Shown here: piece after piece, positions 11,354 through 20,938 of the stretch
Numbering within the stretch: the first letter of the stretch is position 1
Layout of the letters: every line of letters begins with the position of its first letter
Assembly: GCA_965224025.1 (NCBI GenBank)
Contig: OZ245033.1
Coordinates: forward strand, 3,776,001-3,840,000
Direction: 5' to 3'
Source: Candidatus Multivorans sp.
GTDB lineage: Bacteria; Acidobacteriota; Thermoanaerobaculia; Multivoradales; Multivoraceae
DNA: 64,000 nt
Made by a program: the position numbers and the translations under genes
Notes under the pieces: generated by a model
Database searches by the model: none
Seen by the model: the letters and a program-made list of their open reading frames with translations, nothing else
What the model was told of the DNA's origin: nothing

Positions 11354-12277
11354 TTAACCCACCTCGGCTCGCAGCTTATCGTGCAAGGCGCCCGCGCCGT
11401 CGATCATCGCATCGACGCCGCGGGCGCCGGCCAGGAAGAGGCCGGTCAGGTTGAGCGCCACGCCGTCGAACCCCAGGTCGCCCAGCTTCGAGGCCGCCGC
11501 GGCGACGCGGTCCGGCTCGGTGTAGAAGGTGCGGTCTCCCTCGTTCCCCGGTCGCGGCGGTGGCGAGACCTGGGCCTGGAACTCGAGCGCCTCTGGATCG
11601 CGACCGGCCTTCTCCGCGTGGCCGCAGATCGAGGCGATCGCCTGGTCTCCGCTCTCGAACAGCTCCTCCGAGGCGACACCCATCCAGCCGTCGCCGAGCC
11701 GGCCCGCGCGGCGGAAAGCCGCTTCGCTGTGGCCTCCGATCCAGACGGGTATGTCCGCTCCGCGCGGCGGCTTCGGCTCCATCGCCATCGCTTCCACGCA
11801 GTAGAACTCACCCTCGAAGTCGATCGGGTCCTGACCCCAGCAGGCGCGGAGCACCGCGATCGCCTCGTCCATGCGCCGCCCGCGGTTGTGGAAATCCTGG
11901 CCCATCGCCTCGTACTCCGATTCCTGCCAACCGACTCCGAGACCCAGACGCAGCCGGCCGCCGGAAAGCGTGTCCAGGGTCGACGCCTGCTTCGCGGTCA
12001 AGACCGGATCGCGTTGCGGCAGGACCAGCACCTCGGTGCCGAGCCCGATCCGCGAGGTGCAGGCCGCCATGTATCCGAGGGTGGCCAGCGCCTCCATGAT
12101 CGGCATCTTGGCCGGGTAGCGGTTCTTCTCCCGGCCCTCGGTGTCGTGGCCCATCACCACATGATCGAAGATGTCCAGTTGATCGAAACCGATCTCGTCC
12201 ATCGCCCCGGCCAGACGGGCAACGGCCTCCGGCCCCTCCCGGTAGACGACACTCGGGAACTCAACGGCGATCTTCAT
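11354..12277 (-). CDS. LLM-class (luciferase-like, possibly F420-dependent) oxidoreductase
   Basis: FDHVV, LDTLSGGRLRLGLGVGW, PVWIGG. Confidence 0.88.
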   Translation of the reverse strand: MKIAVEFPSVVYREGPEAVARLAGAMDEIGFDQLDIFDHVVMGHDTEGREKNRYPAKMPIMEALATLGYMAACTSRIGLGTEVLVLPQRDPVLTAKQASTLDTLSGGRLRLGLGVGWQESEYEAMGQDFHNRGRRMDEAIAVLRACWGQDPIDFEGEFYCVEAMAMEPKPPRGADIPVWIGGHSEAAFRRAGRLGDGWMGVASEELFESGDQAIASICGHAEKAGRDPEALEFQAQVSPPPRPGNEGDRTFYTEPDRVAAAASKLGDLGFDGVALNLTGLFLAGARGVDAMIDGAGALHDKLRAEVG

Positions 12278-12392
12278 CTGTCGCACTCCTTGGACTCTGG
12301 CTATGAGCCGGGCAGTATAGTCATCACTCGCCCGAGCGTTATGGAATCCTGCCGGTTGCCAGAAACCTCAGCGGCAAGGAGCAACGAAAGGC

Positions 12393-12791
12393 ATGCTGAG
12401 AACCATCCTCGCCGTACCCGCCGGCCTGATCGTCGGCGGCATCGTGATCAGCATCGTTCAGATCGCGGCGATCACCCTGCTTCCGGTGCCCGAAGGGATG
12501 CCAGCCGACCGGGCGTTGATCGAACCGGGCGACATCCCGGCCGTGAACATGGCCTTCGTCCTCATCGCCTGGGCCGCCGGCGCGTTCTTCGGCGGCGGCA
12601 CGGCGGCGCGCATCGCACGGCAGGCAAAGCGGCGACTGGCCCTGATCGTCGGCGCCTTCTTTCTCATCGCCGGGATCTACAACATGGCCACGATCTCGTC
12701 CCCGCTCTGGTTCTGGGTCGTGGGCATCCTCCTCTTCCTGCCCAGCGCCCACCTGGGCGCCAGCCTGCTCGGCGGCTCGGAAGAGCAGTAG
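12393..12791 (+). CDS. Small 4-TM membrane protein
   Basis: Hydrophobic pattern, GC3-rich codons, RBS. Confidence 0.7.
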   Translation: MLRTILAVPAGLIVGGIVISIVQIAAITLLPVPEGMPADRALIEPGDIPAVNMAFVLIAWAAGAFFGGGTAARIARQAKRRLALIVGAFFLIAGIYNMATISSPLWFWVVGILLFLPSAHLGASLLGGSEEQ

Positions 12792-12822
12792 CGGCCTTCT
12801 GTCGGAGCCCTCGCGGAAGGCC

Positions 12823-13034
12823 CTACGATCCGGCGACGAATCGCTCCCGCAGCCGCCTCATTCCGCTGAGCCAGCGGTCGTAGTCCGCGGTCTTGCGCCG
12901 CATGTACTCCAGGACTTCTGGGTGCGGAAGGATCAGGAAGCGCTCCTGCTCCATAGCTCGTGCGACCATTTCCTGGACCTGCTCCTCCACTGCCACGTCG
13001 CCGGTGACAACGCAGTTCCTGCCTTGGATTTCAT
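12823..13034 (-). pseudogene. Collapsed short-chain dehydrogenase remnant
   Basis: Reads EIQGRNCVVTG / DVAVEEQVQEMVARA / MEQERFLILPHPEVLEYMRRKTADYDRWLSGMRRL: start, middle and end of an SDR joined; ATG out of frame. Confidence 0.7.
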
Positions 13035-13164
13035 GCGAGCGATCGTAGCAACGGCGATACGCCTCCCCACGAATTGCTAGAATCGCGCCTCAACCGGCGC
13101 CGCGGCACCTCCGTCGCTCAGCGCTTCACGGATCGGCCAAGCCCGTGCCGCGCCTGAGTTCTAC

Positions 13165-14319
13165 ATGACCGCCGACCATCATCCGCTGCACCGTCAGTTG
13201 CTGAAAGGCCTCGAGGAAGAGGTCTACACCGGCACCTCCGACGGCCACGTGCTACCGCTCTCGCCCCATGTGAAGGCCGCCATGGACGGCTACACAACAG
13301 AGCCGGACGGCCGCAACGTGGAGTTCACGACCGCTCCCTACCGCAGCTACCAGGTCCTCGTCGACCGCCTGATGGCGAAGCGGTGCGCTCTCCGGCGCTA
13401 CCTGGAGGCGAAACATGGCTGCACCTTGGTGCCGGGGGGCACGCTGTCGCTAGCCGATCCCGACTCCTTCTACATCTCGGACCTGGAGAACCCGTACTAC
13501 CGCTACATCCGCGACACCTACGGCACCCGGGTCGTCACCGCTTCCACCCACATCAACTTGGGCGTAGACGACCCGGAGGAACTGCTGCGCGCCTACCGGG
13601 TCCTGCGGCTCGAGGCCTCGGTGTTCCTCGCCCTGACGGCCGCGTCGCCCTTCCTGGCGGGTGAGACGACCGGCCAGCACTCGGCGCGCTGGCTGCACTT
13701 CCCCCTGACCCCGGAGCGGGTTCCCTTCTTCCCCGACGCCGCCTCGTTCGCGATCTGGATGGACGAACAGCTCGAGACCGGCGCGATGCAGAATCGACGT
13801 CACTTCTGGCTCGGCATCCGGCCGAACGGACCCGCAACTCCCAGGGTTCTGGATCGCCTGGAACTCCGGATCTGCGACCGGATCAGCGAGCCGGACATCC
13901 TGCAGGCGGTCACCGCTCTCTACGAGGCACGGGTGTGGCAGGTCCTGGAGCGGCCGGAACTCGATCCCCTGCGCGAACGATCGTCGCTCGAACTGGAAGA
14001 ACTCGCCGCCACCAACGAACGCGCCGCGGGCGCCGCGAGCCTCGAAGCGGAGGGCACGAACTGGGTCGACGGCAGCACCGTCACGTTCCGGGACTGGGCC
14101 GCATCGATGCTCGAGAGCGCCCGCGAGACCGCCCACCGCCACGGCTTCGGCGCCCTTCTCGGCCCGATCGAGGAGATCCTGGAACAGGGCAACCCGGCGA
14201 TGCAGTGGCTGCGCCGCATGGAGCAGGGCGCGACGCCCCGCGAGGTGATCGGCGAGGCGATCGTCGACTTGGCCGCGGTCGATCGAGCGTTCGACCCGAG
14301 CTGTCCGCTCGTCGCCTGA
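13165..14319 (+). CDS. gshA: Glutamate--cysteine ligase, cyanobacterial type
   Basis: LLKGLEEEVYTG, EPDGRNVEF, VVTASTHINLG, RPNGP...LDRLELRICD. Confidence 0.85.
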   Translation: MTADHHPLHRQLLKGLEEEVYTGTSDGHVLPLSPHVKAAMDGYTTEPDGRNVEFTTAPYRSYQVLVDRLMAKRCALRRYLEAKHGCTLVPGGTLSLADPDSFYISDLENPYYRYIRDTYGTRVVTASTHINLGVDDPEELLRAYRVLRLEASVFLALTAASPFLAGETTGQHSARWLHFPLTPERVPFFPDAASFAIWMDEQLETGAMQNRRHFWLGIRPNGPATPRVLDRLELRICDRISEPDILQAVTALYEARVWQVLERPELDPLRERSSLELEELAATNERAAGAASLEAEGTNWVDGSTVTFRDWAASMLESARETAHRHGFGALLGPIEEILEQGNPAMQWLRRMEQGATPREVIGEAIVDLAAVDRAFDPSCPLVA

Positions 14320-14327
14320 CCTGCCTC

Positions 14328-14807
14328 TCAGTCTTGGAGTCGCGCATAGCGGCCGCCATAGAACAGGAGCGGCTCGGCGTCGCGCACGTTCGCTCCCGCC
14401 ACCGCGTCGCCAATCACGATGACGTGATCGCCACCGTCGAGGCGCTCCGCGATGCGGCATTCGACGTGCGCCAGAGCATTCTCGATCAGGGGTTCTCCCA
14501 GGCTGCCGATTCTGTAGTCGACACCCAGCAAGGAGCCTTCCGCGGGCGCGGTCGTGCGTGCGAACAGGTTGGAGATCTCCTCTTGGTCGGACGCCAGGAT
14601 GCTGATGCCGAAGGCTTCCGCCTCCAGAATCTGCTTGTAACAGTTCGACTCCTTGTCGACACAGACGAGCAACTGCAACGGCTCGAGAGACAGCGAACAC
14701 ACGGCGTTCGCCGTCATGCCGTGGAGCCGGCCGCGAACGCTCGTCGTCACCACGGTGACGCCGGTGGCGAAACGGCCGATCAGGCCTCTGTACGTGTCTC
14801 GGTTCAT
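14328..14807 (-). CDS. Flavin reductase family protein
   Basis: FATGVTVVT, GMTANAVCSLSLEP, GGDHVIVIG. Confidence 0.92.
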   Translation of the reverse strand: MNRDTYRGLIGRFATGVTVVTTSVRGRLHGMTANAVCSLSLEPLQLLVCVDKESNCYKQILEAEAFGISILASDQEEISNLFARTTAPAEGSLLGVDYRIGSLGEPLIENALAHVECRIAERLDGGDHVIVIGDAVAGANVRDAEPLLFYGGRYARLQD

Positions 14808-14916
14808 CCTTTCCAGGAGCTTGCGCCGCAGAACGTAGCGAAGCGAGTGTCGCGGCGCAAGGTTCCAGGGAGGTGGGGCCTGGGGCCCAACATGGAGCCT
14901 GCGACAGGTTGCCGCC

Positions 14917-17900
14917 CTAGAAAGCCTCGATGTCGATCTGGCCGCAGATGCTGCCCGGCTCGTTGCGGTAGGTCGAAACCCCACCGGTAATTGTATCCGT
15001 AGCCGTGACCTCGTACTCGACATCCGACAGGCCCCCGTACAGCAGCCAGAAGTGGCCGTTCAGGGCGCGGCCGTCCAGCATCTTCACTGCGAGCTCGATG
15101 TTGGAGGGGTTGAAGAACCAGAAGAAGCCCGTCTTCCCCATCGTGAGCGACGGAGTCACCTGGGCCGATTCCTCCAGGCCGGTGCCGGCGTTCGGATCGA
15201 CGAAGCCAACCTCGACAGAGAAGCGATCGCCCAGCAGGCACAGCCGATCTCCGGCTGTCTCGCACCGACCGCCGCCGTCACTCGAACGGCCAATGCCGCG
15301 CACGTCGAGCGCCACAGCGCTCATCGGCACGAGGTCGATCCCCGGTCCACCCGGACCCTCGCCACCCACGGCCCATCCCGTCGACGCCACGCTCGGATCG
15401 CCGAATGCATCGAGGTCCTTCTGCCCGCAGACGTCGCGCGGAGGGTTGTGGTACGTCTGACGTTCGCCCGTTTCGACATCTCTCACCGTGATCCAGTACT
15501 CGACGTCCGACAGTGCGCCGAAGAACACCCAGTAGCGGTCATTGAGCGCCCGGCCGTCCAGAACCTTGACCACCAACTCGATGTTCTCGGGTTCGAAGAA
15601 CCAGAACAGTCCGGACTCGTCCGAAACGTCCACCGGCACGGCGGTACTCGAACCGTACTCGCCAGCGCTGTCCGGCTTGCTCCAGTGTGCCCACACCTCG
15701 AAACGCCCGTCGCGCAAGCAGAGATACTCGGAACCCTCCCGGCAAGCACCCTCGAAGGCGCCGGTCGTCACACTGACCTCTTCGGAGTAGTCCGCCCGGC
15801 CGGCACGAAGCCGGAACGTGTAGGGCGTCTCCGCCTTCAGACCCGCGACAAGGGTGCTTCCGAGCGTCGGCGCGGCAGCCGCCACTTCGACCCAGCCGCT
15901 GGCCGGGTTGCGCGCCTCGATAGAGAGCGTGCCCCGAGCCGCCCGAGTCCACCTGCCCGTCCAGGACAGCTCCACCGAGGTTTCGCCGGATGGAATCGCC
16001 GTCAGCCGGCCGTCCTCCGCCGGCGGCGGGTCGGGGTCCTGAAACGGGTTCCCTCTGACCGTGTTGCTGCTCCGGGAGAAACCGGTCCCGTTGTAGGCAA
16101 AGACGCGGTAGTCGACTTCCTCGCCGCGATCCAAGTCGAACGACCTGGCGCCAGTGGGCGCCATCGCCACCCGGGTCCAGCGGCCGCCCCCGACGACGAC
16201 GGTGTCCTGAGCCTCGTAGTCGGGACGCGACTGAATCTCGAATCCCGTCTCGTCGCGCGAGTTGTCGTCCCAGGTGAGACGGGCAACGCCACCAGAGACA
16301 CCCCAGCGAAGCTTCGTCGGCGCGGCGGGACCTCGCCCGGCGGTCTCCAGCGGCAGGGCGACCCCGATGCGATCGCCAGGGCCCGCATCGTTGTACGGCC
16401 ACACATAGAAGACGTAGCTGCCGCCGCGCGCGAGCCCATCGATCTCGATCGACTCGCTGCCGGCTTCCGCCTCGAACAGACCGAACCAGCCCGAGACCAA
16501 GGCCAGGACCCGGAAGCCGCGTTCGTCGTCGGAGTTGTCGGTCCAGGTCAGACGAACCGACGAGGCGCTACCGGCACTCGCTGTCAGGTTCGTGACCGGC
16601 CTCGGTCCGGGCGCGGCGGGCGACAGGAGAGCCAATAACTCGCTGCTGCGGGAGATGCCCCCCGGACCAAGGGCATACACGCGCACCTGGTAGCGGCGGC
16701 CGGGCGCCAGCCGCGAGATCACGGTCGAATCCGCGTTCCCTGACACGTAACTGCGCCGCAATAGCTGCCCGTCAGACAGCAGTTGTACTTCGAACAAGTA
16801 GGCGTCGTCGTCCGAGTCGTCCACCCAAGTCACCCGCGCGCTGTTCGTTCCCATCCGGGCCGGATCCTCCACAGGCACCGGTTGCCACATGAGACCGGAC
16901 GGTGCCGCTGGCTCAGCGCCCGGAGTCACGAGTGTGACGATGCTTGAGCTCGCGGACTCGGTTTCGCCCCTTACCGCATTGACCCCGAAGAAGTACCGAG
17001 TACCGGCATCGGCCACGGGAAGGCCGACCACCGCGGTCGTGCGACCTTCCAACGGCCTCGTGGCCTCATCCTGTCCTGGACGCCAGAACGTCACCTCATA
17101 GCCATCCTCGTCGGTCGCGTTGTCCCGCCAGTTGAGCCGAACCGAGGTTTCGCTCTCCATCGCCACCCGCAGACTCGTCGGCGCCGCCGGCGCATCGGGC
17201 GGCAGCCGAGCGACCGAATCGCTGTAATGGACGCCGATGTGAATCGTCTCCTGCAGGGCGCGTTCGTTCTCGCGCTCGCCGGCGACACCGATGACCCGAC
17301 CCTGGGGCTTGACCCGGACACTCGAAAGGTACGGCTCGCCCTGGCCGGTGTAGCTCATGATCGTGCCGACGTTCGGAATGTGATCGTGATTGCCGTGACC
17401 GAAGGCATAAGGCCTGAACGCGAACACCGGAGGGGGGCCGTTTGCCGGGTCGTGGTGGGCGCCCAGACCGTGGCCCACTTCGTGGGCGAAGATCGGTCCG
17501 TCGCCCGAGCACGCGTTCGACGTCCAGCCGTAGGCCAGCTCCGAGAAGTCTTCGGCGGTCTGATCGCGACTAAGGACGTAGTGCTGGCCGCAGGCTTCGA
17601 ACAACCACGGAGACTCACCGGTGAACAGGTGGACCAGGTCGGCTCTGTGCTCTCTTCGCAGTCGGAGCGCTTCCCCGTGGAAGCCGAGCTGATCGATGAG
17701 CGAGGCGCCGTACAGACCACTCCCATTCCTACCCACCCGATCGATGCCGGAAATCTGGGCGCTATGAACGATGTTCTCGCTCACATCCACGCGGCCATTT
17801 CGCAGAACCATGTTCAGGTAGTCGCCGGCATTGCGAATCGCCGCTTGCGCGCCGCCGCGATTCGCCCAATTCCGCGCCGCCTCGGGGGTGTAGACGACAA

Positions 17901-18558
17901 CGATGTCGAGCGCGTCGTGATTCTGCGCGGCGCCCGCTCGCGTGGGCGGATCGTGGAGCAGCGCCCCAGCCATACGCACCGGAGCGACCGGTGGTTGCCG
18001 GTCGGCGCCGTTGCCTACCGCACAGAACGCCTCCGGCTCCCGACCCGGCAGAGCAAAGCCGGATTCCATTCGACCGACGCCGTCAGGACGGGCGCTGATC
18101 CGGTACCTCACCCCCCCGGGCTCATGGAACCAACCCACGAAGCGGCCACCTTCCAACGTGAGTACGACGCTGTCGTAGCCCGCGCCCGGTAGACCGCCGG
18201 ACCACATCAGGTCTCCGCCGCCGCGATCCTCGAACACGTTGAGCTCCGCGACCAGAACGCGGCCGTCCGGCGTCGGCAGCTCCAGCCGCGGTGACCCGCT
18301 GCGAAGCAGGTCCAGATCGACTTGCGCGGAGAACGAAGGGATAGCGAACGTCAGGTCCGGAGCGCCAGCGGATGCGGGCTGCGCCGCCTGCGCAACCAGA
18401 CTCAACAGACGTTGGCCCTGGACCGGCGCCGCAACCAGCATGATCGCCGTCATCGCCAGTAGACCCACTCGCGATGTACCCAAGAGATACTCATGGATGC
18501 CGGCGATCCGCCGCGCCGCGCTGCGCGACATCGAGAAACAAGACATGAGAGCCTCCAC
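14917..18558 (-). CDS. Secreted M12/reprolysin-like zinc metalloprotease with ~5 FN3 repeats and duplicated C-terminal domain (start uncertain)
   Basis: HEVGHGLGAHH, TIMSY, repeated WxDNSxDExGF; paralogue of 8483..11242. Confidence 0.88.
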   Translation of the reverse strand: MEALMSCFSMSRSAARRIAGIHEYLLGTSRVGLLAMTAIMLVAAPVQGQRLLSLVAQAAQPASAGAPDLTFAIPSFSAQVDLDLLRSGSPRLELPTPDGRVLVAELNVFEDRGGGDLMWSGGLPGAGYDSVVLTLEGGRFVGWFHEPGGVRYRISARPDGVGRMESGFALPGREPEAFCAVGNGADRQPPVAPVRMAGALLHDPPTRAGAAQNHDALDIVVVYTPEAARNWANRGGAQAAIRNAGDYLNMVLRNGRVDVSENIVHSAQISGIDRVGRNGSGLYGASLIDQLGFHGEALRLRREHRADLVHLFTGESPWLFEACGQHYVLSRDQTAEDFSELAYGWTSNACSGDGPIFAHEVGHGLGAHHDPANGPPPVFAFRPYAFGHGNHDHIPNVGTIMSYTGQGEPYLSSVRVKPQGRVIGVAGERENERALQETIHIGVHYSDSVARLPPDAPAAPTSLRVAMESETSVRLNWRDNATDEDGYEVTFWRPGQDEATRPLEGRTTAVVGLPVADAGTRYFFGVNAVRGETESASSSIVTLVTPGAEPAAPSGLMWQPVPVEDPARMGTNSARVTWVDDSDDDAYLFEVQLLSDGQLLRRSYVSGNADSTVISRLAPGRRYQVRVYALGPGGISRSSELLALLSPAAPGPRPVTNLTASAGSASSVRLTWTDNSDDERGFRVLALVSGWFGLFEAEAGSESIEIDGLARGGSYVFYVWPYNDAGPGDRIGVALPLETAGRGPAAPTKLRWGVSGGVARLTWDDNSRDETGFEIQSRPDYEAQDTVVVGGGRWTRVAMAPTGARSFDLDRGEEVDYRVFAYNGTGFSRSSNTVRGNPFQDPDPPPAEDGRLTAIPSGETSVELSWTGRWTRAARGTLSIEARNPASGWVEVAAAAPTLGSTLVAGLKAETPYTFRLRAGRADYSEEVSVTTGAFEGACREGSEYLCLRDGRFEVWAHWSKPDSAGEYGSSTAVPVDVSDESGLFWFFEPENIELVVKVLDGRALNDRYWVFFGALSDVEYWITVRDVETGERQTYHNPPRDVCGQKDLDAFGDPSVASTGWAVGGEGPGGPGIDLVPMSAVALDVRGIGRSSDGGGRCETAGDRLCLLGDRFSVEVGFVDPNAGTGLEESAQVTPSLTMGKTGFFWFFNPSNIELAVKMLDGRALNGHFWLLYGGLSDVEYEVTATDTITGGVSTYRNEPGSICGQIDIEAF

Positions 18559-18609
18559 TCACAGGGGCCGTCGATCAATAGGAGTCGGTGAGCCGGGAAC
18601 CTGTGACTC

Positions 18610-18963
18610 GTCCGGAGCCCCTCATCCCCCAGCCTTCCAGCATCCTAGCGGCCAGTTCGAGATTGAGCGCCGGGCGGTTTGCCGGGTCGGTCAGGGAACA
18701 GGCTGCTCGCCGAGCGGGACTCCCGGGTGCCGGCCTGGGACGACCTGCCGGACGAGGAACGGCCCTGGTTCGAGCGCGCGATGGAGGTGTACGCCGCCCG
18801 GACCGACCGCATGGACCGCGGCATCGGCGAGGTTGTGGCAGCACTCGCCGCGCTGTGGGACGACTGGGCCGCCCGCACGGGCGTCGTCCCGTGGGCGCAA
18901 CTCATCGAGCGGCGAAGAGCCACGCGGGAAGCAAACCAGGGCTCTCGACACCGGCCCGCGTGA
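18610..18963 (+). pseudogene. Arylsulfatase remnant with internal deletions
   Basis: Fragments APHP, GRFAG, VPAWDDL...RAMEVYAA..DRMDRGIGEVVAAL joined directly to C-terminal LWDDWAARTGVVPW. Confidence 0.7.
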
Positions 18964-18976
18964 TACTCTGCCGGCC

Positions 18977-19603
18977 ATGCGAACCACGACTTTCCTAGCC
19001 GGCGCGGCCCTTGTCTGCGCTACCGTTTCTTCCGCTCGCGCCGCCGACGTTCCGGCCTCGGCGGAGAACATCCGGCCGCTCCTGGTCGGCAGCGCCGTAC
19101 CGGACGTCCTGCTTCCCACCGCCGACGGCGGCGAGGTCAATCTGCTCACCGAGGCGCAAGCCAAGCCGACGATCCTGATCTTCTACCGCGGCGGCTGGTG
19201 ACCGTACTGCAATACGCAACTGGGTCAGTTGCAAGAAATCGAGCAGGATCTGATCAACCTCGGCTACCAGTTGTTCGCCATCTCCCCCGACATCGCGGAC
19301 CAACTGCAGGCCACCGTCGACAAGAACGAGCTGCAGTACCGGCTGCTCTCCGACCGGGGCATGAAAGCCTCGCAGGCGTTCGGGATCGCCTTCCGCGACG
19401 AGGAGATCGTCCGGACCTACCGGGAGTCCTACCGGCTCGACCTCGAGGAGTACGCCGGGGACGATCACCACATGTTGCCCGTGCCAGCCGTCTTCGTGCT
19501 CGACACGAATGGGCGGATCGCCTTCCACTACGTGAATCCGGACTACCGGGTACGTCTGCCCGAAACCGTCCTGCTCGAGGCCGCCAAGGCGGCAGTCCAG
19601 TAG
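18977..19603 (+). CDS. Secreted peroxiredoxin-like (AhpC/TSA) selenoprotein, Sec at TGA 19199-19201
   Basis: Signal peptide then FYRGGW-TGA-PYC, continuing in frame into AISPD...LPVPAVFV. Confidence 0.88.
19216..19232 (+). promoter_or_regulatory. Candidate bacterial SECIS hairpin
   Basis: GCAACTG-GGT-CAGTTGC; G-initiated apical loop 21 nt after the UGA. Confidence 0.7.
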
Positions 19604-19648
19604 CCGTCCGGGCCCAGTTGAGCCCGGCGCAGGCCTGAGTCAAGCGCG

Positions 19649-20911
19649 ATGGAAGCGAACCGGCAGGCGCTGGCGCGCAACGATCCCGCCGTCTGGGCGG
19701 CAATCGTCGGCGAGGAAGAGCGCGAACGGCGCGGCATCGAGCTGATTCCGTCCGAGAACTACACCTACCCCGAGGTGTTCGCGGCGAACGGCTCGGTGCT
19801 GACGAATAAGTATGCCGAGGGCTACCCCGGCCGCCGGTACTACGGCGGGCAGGAGTTTACCGATGCGGTCGAGCGGCTGGCGATCGAGCGCGCCTGCCGG
19901 GTGTTCCGATCCGAACACGCCAACGTGCAGGCGCTGTCCGGCTCGCCGATGAACCAGGCGGCCTACTTCGCTTTCCTGGATCCGGGCGACACGGTACTGG
20001 CGATGGACCTGTCGCACGGGGGCCACCTGACGCACGGCGCGCCGGTGTCCCATATGGGCAGAGTGTTCAACTTCATTCGCTACAAGACCGATCCCGACAA
20101 CGCCGGCGCGATCGACTTCCACGCCATGCTCGCTCAGGCCCGCGAACACCAGCCCAAGATGATCCTCTGCGGCTACTCCTCCTACCCGCGGGACTACGAC
20201 TACCGCGAGTTCAAGCGGATCGCGGACGACATCGGCGCGCTCACCATGGCGGATGTATCGCACATCGGCGGCCTGATCGCCGGCAACGCGATGTCCAACC
20301 CGATGGACCACGGTTTCGACGTGATGACCACGACCGGCCACAAGACCCTGCGCGGTCCCCGCAGCGGCCTGATTCTGTGCCGCGCCGAACACCGCCGGAA
20401 GATCGACAAGGCGGTCTTCCCGGGCCTCCAGGGCGGGCCGCACATGAACGCCGTGGCGGCGCTGGCAATCACCCTCGGCAAGGCGTTGGAACCCGACTTC
20501 GCGGTCTACGCCCGGCAGGTGCTGACCAACGCGAAGGTGCTGGCCGAGGAACTGCTCGACCGGGGCGCCGAACTGGTGACGGGCGGCACGGACAACCACA
20601 TGATGGTGCTCGACACCCAGGAGAGTTTCGGCATCGACGGACGCGTCGCGGAGGAGACCCTCGACAAGGTCTCGATCACGGTCAACAAGCAACTGATCCC
20701 CGACGACCCCCGGCCACCGCTCAGGCCGAGCGGCATCCGCCTCGGCAGCCCCGCGGCGACCACGCGGGGCATGGAAGAAGCCGAGATGAAGCTGCTCGCC
20801 GAGTGGATCGTTGACGCGCTGCGACGCCACGGCGACGACGAGCGTCTGGACGCCATGCGGCAGGACATCGAGAGATTCTGCCTGCGCTTTCCGGTGCCAG
20901 GCGTCCGGTAG
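19649..20911 (+). CDS. glyA: Serine hydroxymethyltransferase
   Basis: ELIPSEN, NKYAEGYPGRRYYGG, TTTGHKTLRGPR, FPGLQGGP. Confidence 0.97.
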   Translation: MEANRQALARNDPAVWAAIVGEEERERRGIELIPSENYTYPEVFAANGSVLTNKYAEGYPGRRYYGGQEFTDAVERLAIERACRVFRSEHANVQALSGSPMNQAAYFAFLDPGDTVLAMDLSHGGHLTHGAPVSHMGRVFNFIRYKTDPDNAGAIDFHAMLAQAREHQPKMILCGYSSYPRDYDYREFKRIADDIGALTMADVSHIGGLIAGNAMSNPMDHGFDVMTTTGHKTLRGPRSGLILCRAEHRRKIDKAVFPGLQGGPHMNAVAALAITLGKALEPDFAVYARQVLTNAKVLAEELLDRGAELVTGGTDNHMMVLDTQESFGIDGRVAEETLDKVSITVNKQLIPDDPRPPLRPSGIRLGSPAATTRGMEEAEMKLLAEWIVDALRRHGDDERLDAMRQDIERFCLRFPVPGVR

Positions 20912-20938
20912 CGCAACGTAGACAGCAGGAACGAAGCG

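Noticed and set aside
19604-19648. ZTP or glycine riboswitch before glyA
   Set aside because: The gap is only 45 nt and lacks the consensus
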